Shown in pieces: positions 1-10,384 of a stretch of DNA of 64,000 nucleotides. The notes under the pieces were generated by a model. That model worked only from the letters and a program-made list of their open reading frames with translations, made no database searches and had not been told where the DNA came from. The position numbers were made by a program, and so were the translations under genes. The stretch comes from an uncultured Clostridia bacterium (GTDB lineage: Bacteria > Bacillota > Clostridia > Lachnospirales > Anaerotignaceae). Position 1 is the stretch's first letter, and every line of letters starts with the position of its first letter. The DNA lies in NCBI GenBank assembly GCA_910587195.1, contig CAJUKL010000008.1:193-64192 (forward strand). Direction: 5' to 3'.

Positions 1-235
1 TTACTATAATATTGTACAAAGGTTGTGAATGTCATAATAGACAAAGGCCTTATATTATACTTCATGACTTTGTTAATCTTTTTTGTAAGGCAATACCCTT
101 TTTGGATAAGGATACCCCAGTTCTTATTCAAGCGAAAGAAACTCATTGGATTTTCCCTTTTCCAGTGGGTTTCTTTTTGTTATATTTTAAGGAATAATGA
201 TATTTTTTATGTTTTTTTAAGAAAGGAACTTTTTA

Positions 236-1303
236 ATGTATACTTCTATTTCACAAAATTTTATTAAAAAATTGCTAGAACATGAATTTCAATTTGCAAC
301 ATTTTATGGGGAATTAGAAAAAAAAGAAAATCGAGTGATATTAATAAAAGCAGAAAGCCCTATTTTATATGTAGTGTCATTAGTAAATGGGCAAAAAATA
401 AATTTACGAAATTATGAATTGTTTATGAATGAATATTTACAATGTTTACAAAATTCTTTAAAGTCATATTATTGCACAAAAATAATTGCTTTAACGATTG
501 TGGTAGGGGAATTTTTAGAAGAAACAGAAGAAGATACAAAACAAGCAAAAAATTTTGTAATGAAAAAAGAATTTATGTTGGAAGAAAACTACTCTCATAC
601 GTGGTGGTATCTTTCAGAAGCAAGAAAAGTAATAGAAATGAATAAAAGCCAAGCCAAAGATATATTACATATAAAACAAATGGCATTGGAATCTTTGGAG
701 AAGCAAGAGAATTATTCTTTAGGAGAAATTGTAGCACAAACTAAACAGAAAAATACCTTCAAAAGTGATAAAATAATTGTGACATGGATATTGTTATTTA
801 TAAATTGTTTTTTGTTTTTTATGATGATTTTATGCGGAGAAAAAGAAAATTATATTTTGTCCTATGGTACTGAATATCAAGCAATTTTTAATTTGCATCA
901 ATATTATCGTATTTTTACATATTGTTTTATTCATGCGGATATAATGCATTTAATACAAAATAGTGTTTACCTTTATTTTTTTGGTATACGTGTAGAGTTA
1001 TTATATGGAAAAATACAGATGCTTTTGCTTTATTTTTTTGCAACAGCAGGTAGTAGCATTTTAAGTGCTTATTGTAATGATGTGCTTGCTGTTGGGGCAT
1101 CTGGTGCTATTTTTGGATTGATTGGTGCTGTATTGGTATATAGCTATAAAAATGGTAAAAAAAGCGTAGGAATGAATTATACCACCTTATTATTATTAGC
1201 GATTGTTGCACTGCTAGGAGGTGTTTTAGAGAAAAATGTAGATTATTTTGGACATTTAGGTGGATTTCTTTCAGGAAGTTTGCTATCATTTATGATATTA
1301 TAA
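236..1303 (+). CDS. Rhomboid-family intramembrane serine protease with N-terminal soluble domain (GluP/YqgP-like)
   Basis: C-terminal TM helices with FIH-x4-H-x3-N, catalytic GASG and HLGG motifs. Confidence 0.85.
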   Translation: MYTSISQNFIKKLLEHEFQFATFYGELEKKENRVILIKAESPILYVVSLVNGQKINLRNYELFMNEYLQCLQNSLKSYYCTKIIALTIVVGEFLEETEEDTKQAKNFVMKKEFMLEENYSHTWWYLSEARKVIEMNKSQAKDILHIKQMALESLEKQENYSLGEIVAQTKQKNTFKSDKIIVTWILLFINCFLFFMMILCGEKENYILSYGTEYQAIFNLHQYYRIFTYCFIHADIMHLIQNSVYLYFFGIRVELLYGKIQMLLLYFFATAGSSILSAYCNDVLAVGASGAIFGLIGAVLVYSYKNGKKSVGMNYTTLLLLAIVALLGGVLEKNVDYFGHLGGFLSGSLLSFMIL

Positions 1304-1336
1304 GGAGAAAAATAATACTATAAGGGAGAGAGAAAA

Positions 1337-2050
1337 ATGGAAGAAATGGAATTACTTCAAGAAAAAGTCAAGTTAGAACCCATAAAGTCAGAAATGGAAC
1401 TAATCCAAGAAAGAATCAGGTCAGAGTCTATGGAATCTAAAATGGAGCTACTCAAAGAGAAAATGAAATTAGAATCTATGGAGTCTAAAATGGAATTACT
1501 CAAAGAAAAAATTAAGCTAGAAATTATGGAGTCGGATTATGCTGAAAATATCATTGTTTTTGGAGAAGGAAAAGAAAACGCAAAAATTTGTATGATAGGA
1601 GAGGCACCTGGTGGAGAAGAAGAAAAACAAGGAAAGCCTTTTGTAGGAAGGGCAGGAAAAATTTTATGGGATTTTTTGGAGATGACAGGATTAAAAAGAG
1701 AACAAATTTATATTACAAATGTAGTAAAATTTCGTCCAACAGATAGAAGCAAAACAGGAAGAATAATCAATCGAATACCTAAAAAAGCAGAAATTGATTT
1801 CTTTTTACCTTATTTAACAGAGGAATTGATGATTGTACAACCAGATATTATTGTAACATTGGGTAATGTGCCTTTAAAGGCAGTAACAGAAGAAGAAAGT
1901 GCTACGATTGGAGCAATGCATGGTGCTATGACAACAACAAAACAAGGTTATCAATTATTTCCTTTGTATCATCCAGCTTCCATTATTTATAATAGTGGAC
2001 TTGCTCAAACTTATCAGAATGATTTGCAAGTATTAAAACAATATTTGTAA
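1337..2050 (+). CDS. Uracil-DNA glycosylase (family 4-like) with N-terminal tandem repeats
   Basis: GEAPG, GxPFVGxAG, NVVK.RP and YHPA motifs. Confidence 0.85.
   Translation: MEEMELLQEKVKLEPIKSEMELIQERIRSESMESKMELLKEKMKLESMESKMELLKEKIKLEIMESDYAENIIVFGEGKENAKICMIGEAPGGEEEKQGKPFVGRAGKILWDFLEMTGLKREQIYITNVVKFRPTDRSKTGRIINRIPKKAEIDFFLPYLTEELMIVQPDIIVTLGNVPLKAVTEEESATIGAMHGAMTTTKQGYQLFPLYHPASIIYNSGLAQTYQNDLQVLKQYL
1346..1537 (+). repeat. Four 48-bp (16-aa) intragenic tandem repeats
   Basis: MELLQEKVKLEPIKSE / MELIQERIRSESMESK / MELLKEKMKLESMESK / MELLKEKIKLEIMESD. Confidence 0.85.
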
Positions 2051-2102
2051 ATTTTATTTTTTAATCTATTTCTGGTAGTGTGCTATGGATTTAATAAAAG
2101 TT

Positions 2103-2752
2103 AAAAGTTTTTTGCTACTTTTCTTTTACCAACTTTTTTGAAAAAAAGTTGGACAAAAAACTTTATCTTTTGCAAACGGAACAAAACGAATTTTTAGCCA
2201 ATGGTGCTCTGTTGTTGTTTAACTACAACAACCATTCCACTCCAACACACAGCAGCAAAACGCTAGTTTTGCATAAAAGTTCTTTGCTTACTTTCTTTCA
2301 AGAAAGTAAGTGAAAAAAACTTGACCAAAAACTTTATCTTTTGCATGCAGTACAGATTCTAAATTTTAACTACTGGTACTTCGTTGTTATTCTACTACTT
2401 TTCAAGAAAACATTAACTTGTCAAAAAAATGGCTTATTATGAACTTGATGAAAGTCAGAAGTTTCTGGAGGAACTTTTTTCACTTGTGAAAAGTTCCTCC
2501 AAAGTCTACGCTTCGCTCCGGTCGGTTCTGAACGTCCACCGGACGTTCAGAACCACTTCAAAAACACGCTTGTAAGCTTTTTGAAAAAAGTTTGACCAAA
2601 AACTTTTCTTTTTGCACATGGTACAGATTCTAAATTTTAACTACTGGTACTCCGTTGTCGTTCAACCACAATAACCATTCCACTCCATCGCCCAGTAGCG
2701 AAACGAAGTTTCGCGCAAAAGTTCTTTGCTACCTTTCTTTCAAGAAAGTAAG
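2103..2752. repeat. Modular palindromic intergenic repeat cluster (REP/MITE-like family)
   Basis: Several copies of the modules AGCTTTTTGAAAAAAGCTTGACCAAAAACTT, AAAAGTTCTTTGCT-CTTTCTTTCAAGAAAG and CGTCCACCGGACG; abuts the gpsA stop codon. Confidence 0.85.
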
Positions 2753-3742
2753 TTATTCTGCTTTTCTGTTTCTTGTCATAAGCTGTAATACTGCTTCTCT
2801 TACGTTTTTTCCATAAAAAAGCACTTGATTAATTTCTTGTGTAATTGGCATGGATACATGATATTTTTTTGCTAATTCACAAGCTGCTTGCACCGTGTTG
2901 ATTCCTTCTACTACCATTTTTACTTCTGCTAATGTTTCCACAAGAGATTTTCCCTGTCCTAATAAAATACCTGCTCGCCTGTTTCTGGAATGCATACTAG
3001 TACAAGTTACAATTAAATCTCCAATACCAGAAAGCCCAGCAAAAGTTTCTGCTTTTCCTCCCATAGCAATCCCTAAACGAGTCATTTCGGTCATGCCTCT
3101 TGTCATCAATGCTGCTTTTGTATTATCTCCAAAACCAAGACCATCCGACATTCCTGCTGCTAAAGCCATAATATTTTTGAGAGCTGCCCCAATTTCTACT
3201 CCAATCATATCTTGATTGGTATAAACTCTAAAATTAGGATTCATAAACTCCTTTTGTATCATTTTTGCAATATCTGTTTCTTCTGCTGCAATGACACAAG
3301 CTGTTGGAATTTGTCTTCCAACTTCTTCTGCATGGCTTGGTCCCGATAATACACAAGGATAACAATTTGGTAAACATTCTTTTATCACTTCTGATAATCT
3401 TAACAAGCTGCCCTGTTCTAATCCTTTTGCAACATTAACAACAATCGCATCTTTTTGGAATAAATCTGCAAATTTTGTCATTGTTTCTCTTACAGCACGA
3501 GAAGGAACCGCAGAAATTACAATTTCTTTTTGCGCTATTGCTTTTTTTGCGTCTGTTGTAACATCAATATTTTCTCCCAACAAAACGCCCGGCAAATATT
3601 GTTTATTTTCTCTTGTTTGCTTCATATTTTCCACAGCTTCTGCATTTCTTGCCCACATTGTCACATCATGACCATCTTGTTCTAACATTACTGCTAAAGC
3701 AGTTCCCCAGCTTCCGGCACCAATTACTGCAATTTTTTTCAT
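2753..3742 (-). CDS. gpsA: NAD(P)H-dependent glycerol-3-phosphate dehydrogenase
   Basis: GAGSWGTA, SGPSHAEEV, GALKN-like and GDLIVTC motifs; der-plsY-gpsA synteny. Confidence 0.95.
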   Translation of the reverse strand: MKKIAVIGAGSWGTALAVMLEQDGHDVTMWARNAEAVENMKQTRENKQYLPGVLLGENIDVTTDAKKAIAQKEIVISAVPSRAVRETMTKFADLFQKDAIVVNVAKGLEQGSLLRLSEVIKECLPNCYPCVLSGPSHAEEVGRQIPTACVIAAEETDIAKMIQKEFMNPNFRVYTNQDMIGVEIGAALKNIMALAAGMSDGLGFGDNTKAALMTRGMTEMTRLGIAMGGKAETFAGLSGIGDLIVTCTSMHSRNRRAGILLGQGKSLVETLAEVKMVVEGINTVQAACELAKKYHVSMPITQEINQVLFYGKNVREAVLQLMTRNRKAE

Positions 3743-3808
3743 AAAATGCCTCCTTTTTTAAAACCTTTAAAACTTTGAAATCTTACTTCAAACATCTTTT
3801 TCTCAGTT

Positions 3809-4423
3809 TTAAACATTTCTTTCTACTTTTTTTGCTCCTAATTTATTTTCATTTCCTGCCAAAAGTCTAGCAATATTTGCTCTATGCTGATATAGTGCCA
3901 ATGCTGCTAAACTAATCGCTATCAAAGTACCCTCTAAAGGAAATCCCACCTTAAAAAGCACAATCGGTATCATAACTGCAAAAGACATAGAACCAAGCGA
4001 AACATATCTTGTTGTAGCAATACAAATAATTCCAATGCCAAATGCAAATGTTGGTAAATACCATGTTGTCATACTCAAGCATAACACAAGCCCTATCATA
4101 CAAGCGATTCCTTTCCCCCCTTTAAAGTTTAGATAAAAAGGAAAATCATGCCCTAATATCACACCAACACAGCCATATAATCCTGCTAATTCTATTTCCT
4201 TAAAAAGCATTTTACATAATAAAAAACCGACTACAGATTTTAAAATATCACATACAAAAGTAATGGCACCTGCTTTTTTTCCTAAAACACGTAAAGCATT
4301 TGTTGTACCTAAATTCCCACTTCCATATTGTCTTAAATCAACATTTGAAATTCTCCCCACTAAATAAGCAGACTGTAAACAGCCAATGCCATAGCCTAAC
4401 AAAATACAAATAACCCGAAACAT
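3809..4423 (-). CDS. plsY: Glycerol-3-phosphate acyltransferase PlsY
   Basis: GSGNLGTTN, GHDFP..FKGGKG and HRANI motifs. Confidence 0.95.
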   Translation of the reverse strand: MFRVICILLGYGIGCLQSAYLVGRISNVDLRQYGSGNLGTTNALRVLGKKAGAITFVCDILKSVVGFLLCKMLFKEIELAGLYGCVGVILGHDFPFYLNFKGGKGIACMIGLVLCLSMTTWYLPTFAFGIGIICIATTRYVSLGSMSFAVMIPIVLFKVGFPLEGTLIAISLAALALYQHRANIARLLAGNENKLGAKKVERNV

Positions 4424-4429
4424 CCCTTT

Positions 4430-5752
4430 TTAATCCTCTTTTCCTTTTTCTCTTACAACAAAATGTATAGGTGTCCCTACAAAGCCAAAGGCTTCCCTTA
4501 ATTGATTTTCAATATATCTCCGATAGGAAAAATGAAATAATTCCCTATCATTGACAAAAATAACAAAGGTAGGTGGTTTAATCGAAACCTGCGTCATATA
4601 GTATAATTTTAGTTGACGTCCTTTGTCTGCTGGAGGTTGTTGCATTGCTGTTGCTTCTATCAAAACATCGTTTAAAACCCCTGTACTAATGCGTAAAGCA
4701 TGATTTTGATGTACTGTTTGTATTAATTCTAACATTCTGTTTATTCTTTGCCCTGTTAAGGCAGAAATAAATACCTTTGGTGCATATGGCATATAAGCTA
4801 GTTCATTTCCAATATCTTTTAAATATTGATTCATAGTTTTATCATTTTTTTCAATAGAATCCCATTTATTAACAGCTACAATCGCAGCACGTCCTCTTTC
4901 ATGGGCAATTCCTGCAATTTTCGTGTCTTGGTCTGTAATGCCTTCCTTTGCGTCAATTAACAAAATAGCAACATCACATCTTTCTACTGCAGCCACTGCA
5001 CGAATAATACTGAAACGCTCAATTTCCTCTTTGATTTTACTTTTTCTCCTCATACCTGCTGTATCAATAAAAATATATTTTTGTCTATCTATCTCAATCG
5101 GGCTGTCAATCGCATCTCTTGTTGTGCCTGGAATATTACTTACAATCAATCTATCTTCTCCCAATATTTTGTTAATTAAAGAAGATTTTCCAACATTGGG
5201 CTTTCCAATAATCGCAACTTTAATAACTTCTTCTTCCTCCTCATCTTCTATTTCTTCTGGAAAATAAGAAATTACTTCATCTAGCAAGTCACCAAGTCCT
5301 AAAGCTTGCCCTGCTGAAATGGCAATTGGGTCGCCAATTCCCAATTCATAAAACTCATAAATATCCATACTATCACGGTTCATACGGTCTACCTTATTGA
5401 CCGCAAGTACAACGGGTTTTTTGGTTTTTCTAAGCATATTTGCTACTTGTTTATCATCATCTGTCATACCTGCTTTTACATCTGTTACAAACAAGATTAC
5501 ATCTGCTGTTTCAATAGCAATTTCTGCCTGCTGCAAAATTTGTTTTAATATAATATCTTCCGCACCAATTTCCATACCACCTGTATCAATCAAAGTAAAT
5601 TTTCGCCCTGTCCATTCTACATCTGCATAAATTCTATCTCGTGTGACACCTGGTGTATCTTGCACAATAGAAATTCTTTCTCCTGCCAAACGATTAAAAA
5701 GGGTAGATTTTCCTACATTGGGTCTTCCCACTACAGCTACAATCGGCTTCAT
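4430..5752 (-). CDS. der: Ribosome biogenesis GTPase Der/EngA
   Basis: Two tandem G domains ([16 protein letters not shown]) and a KH-like C-terminus. Confidence 0.97.
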   Translation of the reverse strand: MKPIVAVVGRPNVGKSTLFNRLAGERISIVQDTPGVTRDRIYADVEWTGRKFTLIDTGGMEIGAEDIILKQILQQAEIAIETADVILFVTDVKAGMTDDDKQVANMLRKTKKPVVLAVNKVDRMNRDSMDIYEFYELGIGDPIAISAGQALGLGDLLDEVISYFPEEIEDEEEEEVIKVAIIGKPNVGKSSLINKILGEDRLIVSNIPGTTRDAIDSPIEIDRQKYIFIDTAGMRRKSKIKEEIERFSIIRAVAAVERCDVAILLIDAKEGITDQDTKIAGIAHERGRAAIVAVNKWDSIEKNDKTMNQYLKDIGNELAYMPYAPKVFISALTGQRINRMLELIQTVHQNHALRISTGVLNDVLIEATAMQQPPADKGRQLKLYYMTQVSIKPPTFVIFVNDRELFHFSYRRYIENQLREAFGFVGTPIHFVVREKGKED

Positions 5753-7077
5753 TTTTTTTCCTCCAAATCTAATAGATTACAAAGCAATGCTTTTCCTGTA
5801 TTTTTTGTTATCTTAATAGGAATATGCAATACTTTTTGTATATCTTCTATTTCCATATCATCTAAAAGCATAGTTGTATCATTTCTTAACAAATTTTCTG
5901 GTAAAAGCAAATAACTTCCTAGCTCTTTTCCTGTCAACTGCTTGACAATATCTTGCCCTGTCAAAAGTCCAGAAACCGTAATTTCTTTTCCAAAAAAATC
6001 ATTATGGATAGCATAAACATAGATTTTCCATTTTGGACAATGCTGCATTACTTGATTACATAATTTTTGAATCAAAGGATAAGCAGCTTCTCCTGTTGCA
6101 ACAGAAACAACATTTTGTTTTTGCTTTGGCAAAGAATATTTTTTTAAGGCTTGTGCAAACTCTGCTTCTAAAAGAGAAAGCATTCCTACCCCATTTTCAT
6201 ATTGTGTAAAGTCCTCATAGGCATCACAAGGAGGCAAGTCACATTCTGCTTTTAAATAAAATTCATCTGATAAAAAAACAAAAGAGGTTCCAATACTTTG
6301 TTTTAATTTTTTTTGCCATTTTTCCACTTGCAAGATGACTTTTTGACTTTCTTGTTTATCAAAAGGTACCATTGGATATAAATTTTCTCTATACTTTGTT
6401 AAACCAATCGGTACAACAGACATACTTTTTGCATGTGGAAAAAAAGCAACACAATCAGATATGGTTTTATCTAAAATTGCTCCATCATTGATTCCTCTAC
6501 AAAGCACAACTTGTAAATTCATTTCAATACCTGCATTTGCTAGTCTTTTCATGACTTCTAAAACTTTATCTGCTCGGGGATTTTTTAACATTTTTTTACG
6601 CAGTTCTAAATCTGTGGTATGAACAGAAACATTAATAGGGGAAAGATGATAAAATATAATATGGTTAATATCTTCTTCCGACATATTAGTTAATGTTACA
6701 TAATTTCCCTGCAAAAAAGATAATCGAGAATCATCATCTTTAAAATAAAGGCTCTCTCTCATTCCCTTTGGTAACTGGTCTATAAAGCAAAAAATACATT
6801 TATTTTTACAGCTTTTTGCATGATCCATCAAACCACTTTCAAAAATAATACCAATATCCTCATTTTCTTCTTTTTCGATTTCGGCAATATATTCTTCTCC
6901 ATTTATAGTACGTATTGTCAATTCTACATATTCATCTTGTATTAAATAACGATAATCAAATACATCTTGTACCGCTTGTCCATTGACTGCTAGTAAAATA
7001 TCTCCTGGTTCTAAACCAATTTCCTGTGCAATACTATCTTTTTCTATTTTAATAATGACATTTTGTTTGAGTTCCAT
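5749..7077 (-). CDS. PDZ + DUF512 putative radical-SAM protein
   Basis: N-terminal PDZ-like region, CxxxCxFC, KDDDxRLSFL; commonly found upstream of der. Confidence 0.85.
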   Translation of the reverse strand: MELKQNVIIKIEKDSIAQEIGLEPGDILLAVNGQAVQDVFDYRYLIQDEYVELTIRTINGEEYIAEIEKEENEDIGIIFESGLMDHAKSCKNKCIFCFIDQLPKGMRESLYFKDDDSRLSFLQGNYVTLTNMSEEDINHIIFYHLSPINVSVHTTDLELRKKMLKNPRADKVLEVMKRLANAGIEMNLQVVLCRGINDGAILDKTISDCVAFFPHAKSMSVVPIGLTKYRENLYPMVPFDKQESQKVILQVEKWQKKLKQSIGTSFVFLSDEFYLKAECDLPPCDAYEDFTQYENGVGMLSLLEAEFAQALKKYSLPKQKQNVVSVATGEAAYPLIQKLCNQVMQHCPKWKIYVYAIHNDFFGKEITVSGLLTGQDIVKQLTGKELGSYLLLPENLLRNDTTMLLDDMEIEDIQKVLHIPIKITKNTGKALLCNLLDLEEKK

Positions 7078-7092
7078 AAAAATGTCCTTTCC

Positions 7093-7440
7093 TTATAAAA
7101 GTTTTTTCCATTCTTCTTCTTTAAAGCCCAGTAAAACAGTATCATCTGTTACAACAACCGGACGTTTTACAAGCATACCATTCGTTGCTAATATTTCATA
7201 CTGTTCTTGCTCTGTCATATCTTTTAATTTATCTTTTAGACCAAGTTCTTTATAGACATTACCACTTGTATTAAAAAATCTTTTTAAGGGCAAGCCACTT
7301 TTTTTATGCCATGCTTCTAATTCTTCTTTATTTGGGTTTTGTTTGGTAATATCCCTTTGTTCAAAGGAAATATTATTTGATTCTAACCACTTTTTTGCTT
7401 TTTTGCAAGTGCTGCATTTTGGATATTCTAAATATAACAT
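7093..7440 (-). CDS. ArsC/Spx-family protein (YusI-like)
   Basis: CSTCKKA, FNTSG and LVKRP motifs. Confidence 0.85.
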   Translation of the reverse strand: MLYLEYPKCSTCKKAKKWLESNNISFEQRDITKQNPNKEELEAWHKKSGLPLKRFFNTSGNVYKELGLKDKLKDMTEQEQYEILATNGMLVKRPVVVTDDTVLLGFKEEEWKKLL

Positions 7441-7618
7441 GATTTTCTCTCCCTTAGTTTTTAATTTTCTTTTATTATACCTTATATTTCCTTTATAAAA
7501 AATGAAAATTTGAGATTATTTCTTCGAATGAAAAAAAGTTTATTGATTTTTATAATTTTATAGCTTACAATAAAATTAGTTTTATTCTATTTTCACAAAA
7601 ACATACAGGAGGGATACT

Positions 7619-8572
7619 ATGAAAATCGTCATAATGGAGCCTTTAGGCATTACAGCAGAAAAAGTAGAAGAAGCTGCAAAAGCAGTAAAACAAAAAGGAC
7701 ATGAAGTAATTTATTATGAAACAAGAACAGAAAATACAGCAGAGTTAATCGAAAGAGGAAAAGATGCAGATATTATTATTATAGCAAATTTACCTTTTCG
7801 CAAAGAAGTAATCGAACATTGTCAAAACTTAAAAATGCTTTCTATTGCCTTTACTGGTGTAGACCATGTAGATGTTGATTATTGCAAACAAAAAGGAATT
7901 ACAGTCTGTAATGCAGCAGGATATTCTACCAATGCAGTTGCAGAACTAACATTTGGTTTAGCAATTTCCGTTTTGAGAAATATTCCAGCTTGTGACGACA
8001 AAACAAGAGCAGAAGGTACAAAAGCAGGTCTTGTTGGCTCTGAACTTTATGGTAAAACATTTGGTGTTATCGGTACTGGTGCCATTGGTACAAAAGTTGC
8101 TTTGCTTGCCAAAGCATTTGGCTGTAATGTTATAGCATACAGCAGAACAAAAAGAGAAGCTATCACACAAGCAGGTATCACCTATGTATCTTTAGAGGAG
8201 TTACTAAAACAAAGTGATATTGTATCCCTTCATGTTCCTTTTAATGATGCAACAAAAGGTTTCATTGGAAAAGAACAACTTGCATGGATGAAATCAAGTG
8301 CTATTCTTTTAAACACAGCAAGAGGTGGTGTGGTTGATAATCAAGCATTAGCAGATGCTTTAAATGCAGGAAACATTGCAGGTGCTGGTATTGATGTATA
8401 TGAAATGGAGCCACCGATTCAAAAAAACCATCCACTTGTTTGCGCAAAACATACTGTATTAACACCTCATGTTGCTTTTGCTTCTCACGAAGCACTTTAT
8501 GCAAGAGCATTAATTGTATTTGATAACATTATAAAATGGGAAGCTGGCACACCACAAAACTTACTTTCTTAA
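7619..8572 (+). CDS. D-isomer-specific 2-hydroxyacid dehydrogenase
   Basis: GTGAIG Rossmann motif, NTARG, DVYE.EP, TPHVA. Confidence 0.9.
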   Translation: MKIVIMEPLGITAEKVEEAAKAVKQKGHEVIYYETRTENTAELIERGKDADIIIIANLPFRKEVIEHCQNLKMLSIAFTGVDHVDVDYCKQKGITVCNAAGYSTNAVAELTFGLAISVLRNIPACDDKTRAEGTKAGLVGSELYGKTFGVIGTGAIGTKVALLAKAFGCNVIAYSRTKREAITQAGITYVSLEELLKQSDIVSLHVPFNDATKGFIGKEQLAWMKSSAILLNTARGGVVDNQALADALNAGNIAGAGIDVYEMEPPIQKNHPLVCAKHTVLTPHVAFASHEALYARALIVFDNIIKWEAGTPQNLLS

Positions 8573-8960
8573 CTTACTTTCTTGAAAGAAAGTAAGTTAA
8601 GAATTTTTTGCGAAACTGGCGTTTCGCTGCCGTATGTTAGAGTTGAATAGTTGTTGTAGATGAACGACAATGGGACACCATTCGTTAAAAATGAGAATCT
8701 GTACTGTGTGCAGAAGGTAAAGTTTTTGGTCAAGCTTTTTTCAAAAAGCTTGCGAGAGTTTGAGAGCAGAGCTCTCAAGGTTTCCTACGCTTGGAAGCGT
8801 ATTTTTGAAGAGGTCTGGAGGAACTTTTCAAAAGTGAAAAAAGTTCCTCCAAGAACTTCCGACTTTTATCAAATTCATAATAAACTAGTTTTTTCATAAG
8901 TTGTTCTATTTTTAAACTCAAATTATTATAATTTTTGCAAAAAAAATTTTATGTGATTAC
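8558..8960. repeat. Palindromic repeat cluster
   Basis: Same modules in reverse orientation, starting at the dehydrogenase stop codon. Confidence 0.85.
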
Positions 8961-9344
8961 CCTAATTTTGTTTTTATTTTATACAAAAAAGAGTAGTGTG
9001 TATAGATATTCACATAAATGCAGGGAAAGCTGCCTTTGACAAAGCATTGTATAAGAGGAAAAAATAAAGTTAGTTTTAAAGTAACTTTATTTTTGAAAAA
9101 ACGTTTTTATAGTTTATTAAAATAATAATAAGTGTTAATACATATCATCACAACTGTAAAAACTGTAATATTTTATATATAATAGAGAATATAAAATATA
9201 TATAACATATATGTTTAATAATAATATATATATAGGTATGGGAAAAAAATGCAGTTTTCGCAATTTTGCAGTTTATGTTGATAGTTAATACAAATAAAGT
9301 GTTGTGAACTACATAGATTGCATCACATAATCTGGCTTTTTGGA

Positions 9345-10373
9345 TTACATTAGTATTTTGTTTAAAATTTTTACTTTTGAAATAAGGTATGTAATAGCAT
9401 AACCAACCACAAAAGTAATAAGACTATAACAAATAATTTGTGTATGTACTTCCGAAAGTGGTAATGTTATGCTTAATTTTTCAATAATCCATACATGGCA
9501 CAAATATAAACCAAAAGATAAATTGCCTAGTGTAGTAATACTCTGGATAAGCAATTTATTTTTTATCTTTATCTGCTTAAAACCCAAAAAGATAGCTGCC
9601 GAAATAATAAAAGCATGATATTGATACCCACCCGTATAAAAGGTGTCAATTTGGTCAACAGAAGAAGTTCTAGCTGTTCCCAGTATAGCAGCCATCACAC
9701 ATACTGGTGCAAGACAATATAAAATATTTTGCTGTTTTTTTTCAACAGGATAGGTGCCTAATAAATATCCTAATAAAAAATATCCCCAATATCCATCAAT
9801 AAGCATAGGAAAAGAAAAACACCATTTTTGCGCCAATCTATTCAAAAAAGGTGAAATTGTAGTTGGCAATAAAATAAGAAATAAAAAAAAATATAATTCT
9901 TTTTTGTCACATTGGTTGATTATTTTTTTAATAAAAGGTGTCAGCAAATAAAAAAATAAGATACTGTATAAATACCAAAAATGGTAAACAATATTTTGCG
10001 TTCCCAAATGGATAAAAAAATCCTGTATCCGAAAGGGCATATGATAAGTGATACAATTATCGCAATAATAGATAAAACTCCATATCAAAAAAGGTGGCAA
10101 TATTTTAAAAAATCTCTTTTTGTAAAAGGAAGCAAAGTTATCTGCTGTTGGGGAGGAAAGCAGCAGATAACCACTTATCATAAAGAATAAAGGAACACCA
10201 AAACGAGAAATTGCGTTAATAACATCCGTAAACCACCATATTTTTGTGTGAAATAGTGTTGTATTTGTAAAAAATTCTGAATTACAATGTAGTAAGATGA
10301 CAGAAAAAATTGCAACTATGCGAATCATTTCTAAATATAATATTTTTTCCCCTTGCTGATTCATACTTTTCAC
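9345..10373 (-). CDS. Acyltransferase family 3 (surface polysaccharide O-acyltransferase)
   Basis: R..AIFSVILLH, VPLFFMISGYLL, HFWYLY, SFGLYLCH; polytopic membrane protein. Confidence 0.85.
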   Translation of the reverse strand: MKSMNQQGEKILYLEMIRIVAIFSVILLHCNSEFFTNTTLFHTKIWWFTDVINAISRFGVPLFFMISGYLLLSSPTADNFASFYKKRFFKILPPFLIWSFIYYCDNCITYHMPFRIQDFFIHLGTQNIVYHFWYLYSILFFYLLTPFIKKIINQCDKKELYFFLFLILLPTTISPFLNRLAQKWCFSFPMLIDGYWGYFLLGYLLGTYPVEKKQQNILYCLAPVCVMAAILGTARTSSVDQIDTFYTGGYQYHAFIISAAIFLGFKQIKIKNKLLIQSITTLGNLSFGLYLCHVWIIEKLSITLPLSEVHTQIICYSLITFVVGYAITYLISKVKILNKILM

Positions 10374-10384
10374 CCCACAAAAAA

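Noticed and set aside
12..267. Two short ORFs at the window start
   Set aside because: No RBS or recognisable motifs; likely the upstream regulatory region of the rhomboid gene.
2103..2752. CRISPR array (this and the other repeat clusters)
   Set aside because: Repeats are long, modular and dispersed, without constant-length unique spacers, and no cas genes are present.
8569..8899. Short ORFs in repeat clusters (also 16329-16625, 21781-22020, 24155-24337, 34160-34411, 51805-51990, 57069-57335, 62607-63265) sharing FEKSLTKNF or HKSSLLPFFQESK
   Set aside because: They are translations of the non-coding repeat in varying frames, with inconsistent starts and stops and no RBS.
8960..9344. oriC or dif site
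   Set aside because: No clustered TTATCCACA boxes, no dnaA nearby and no match to a dif consensus.
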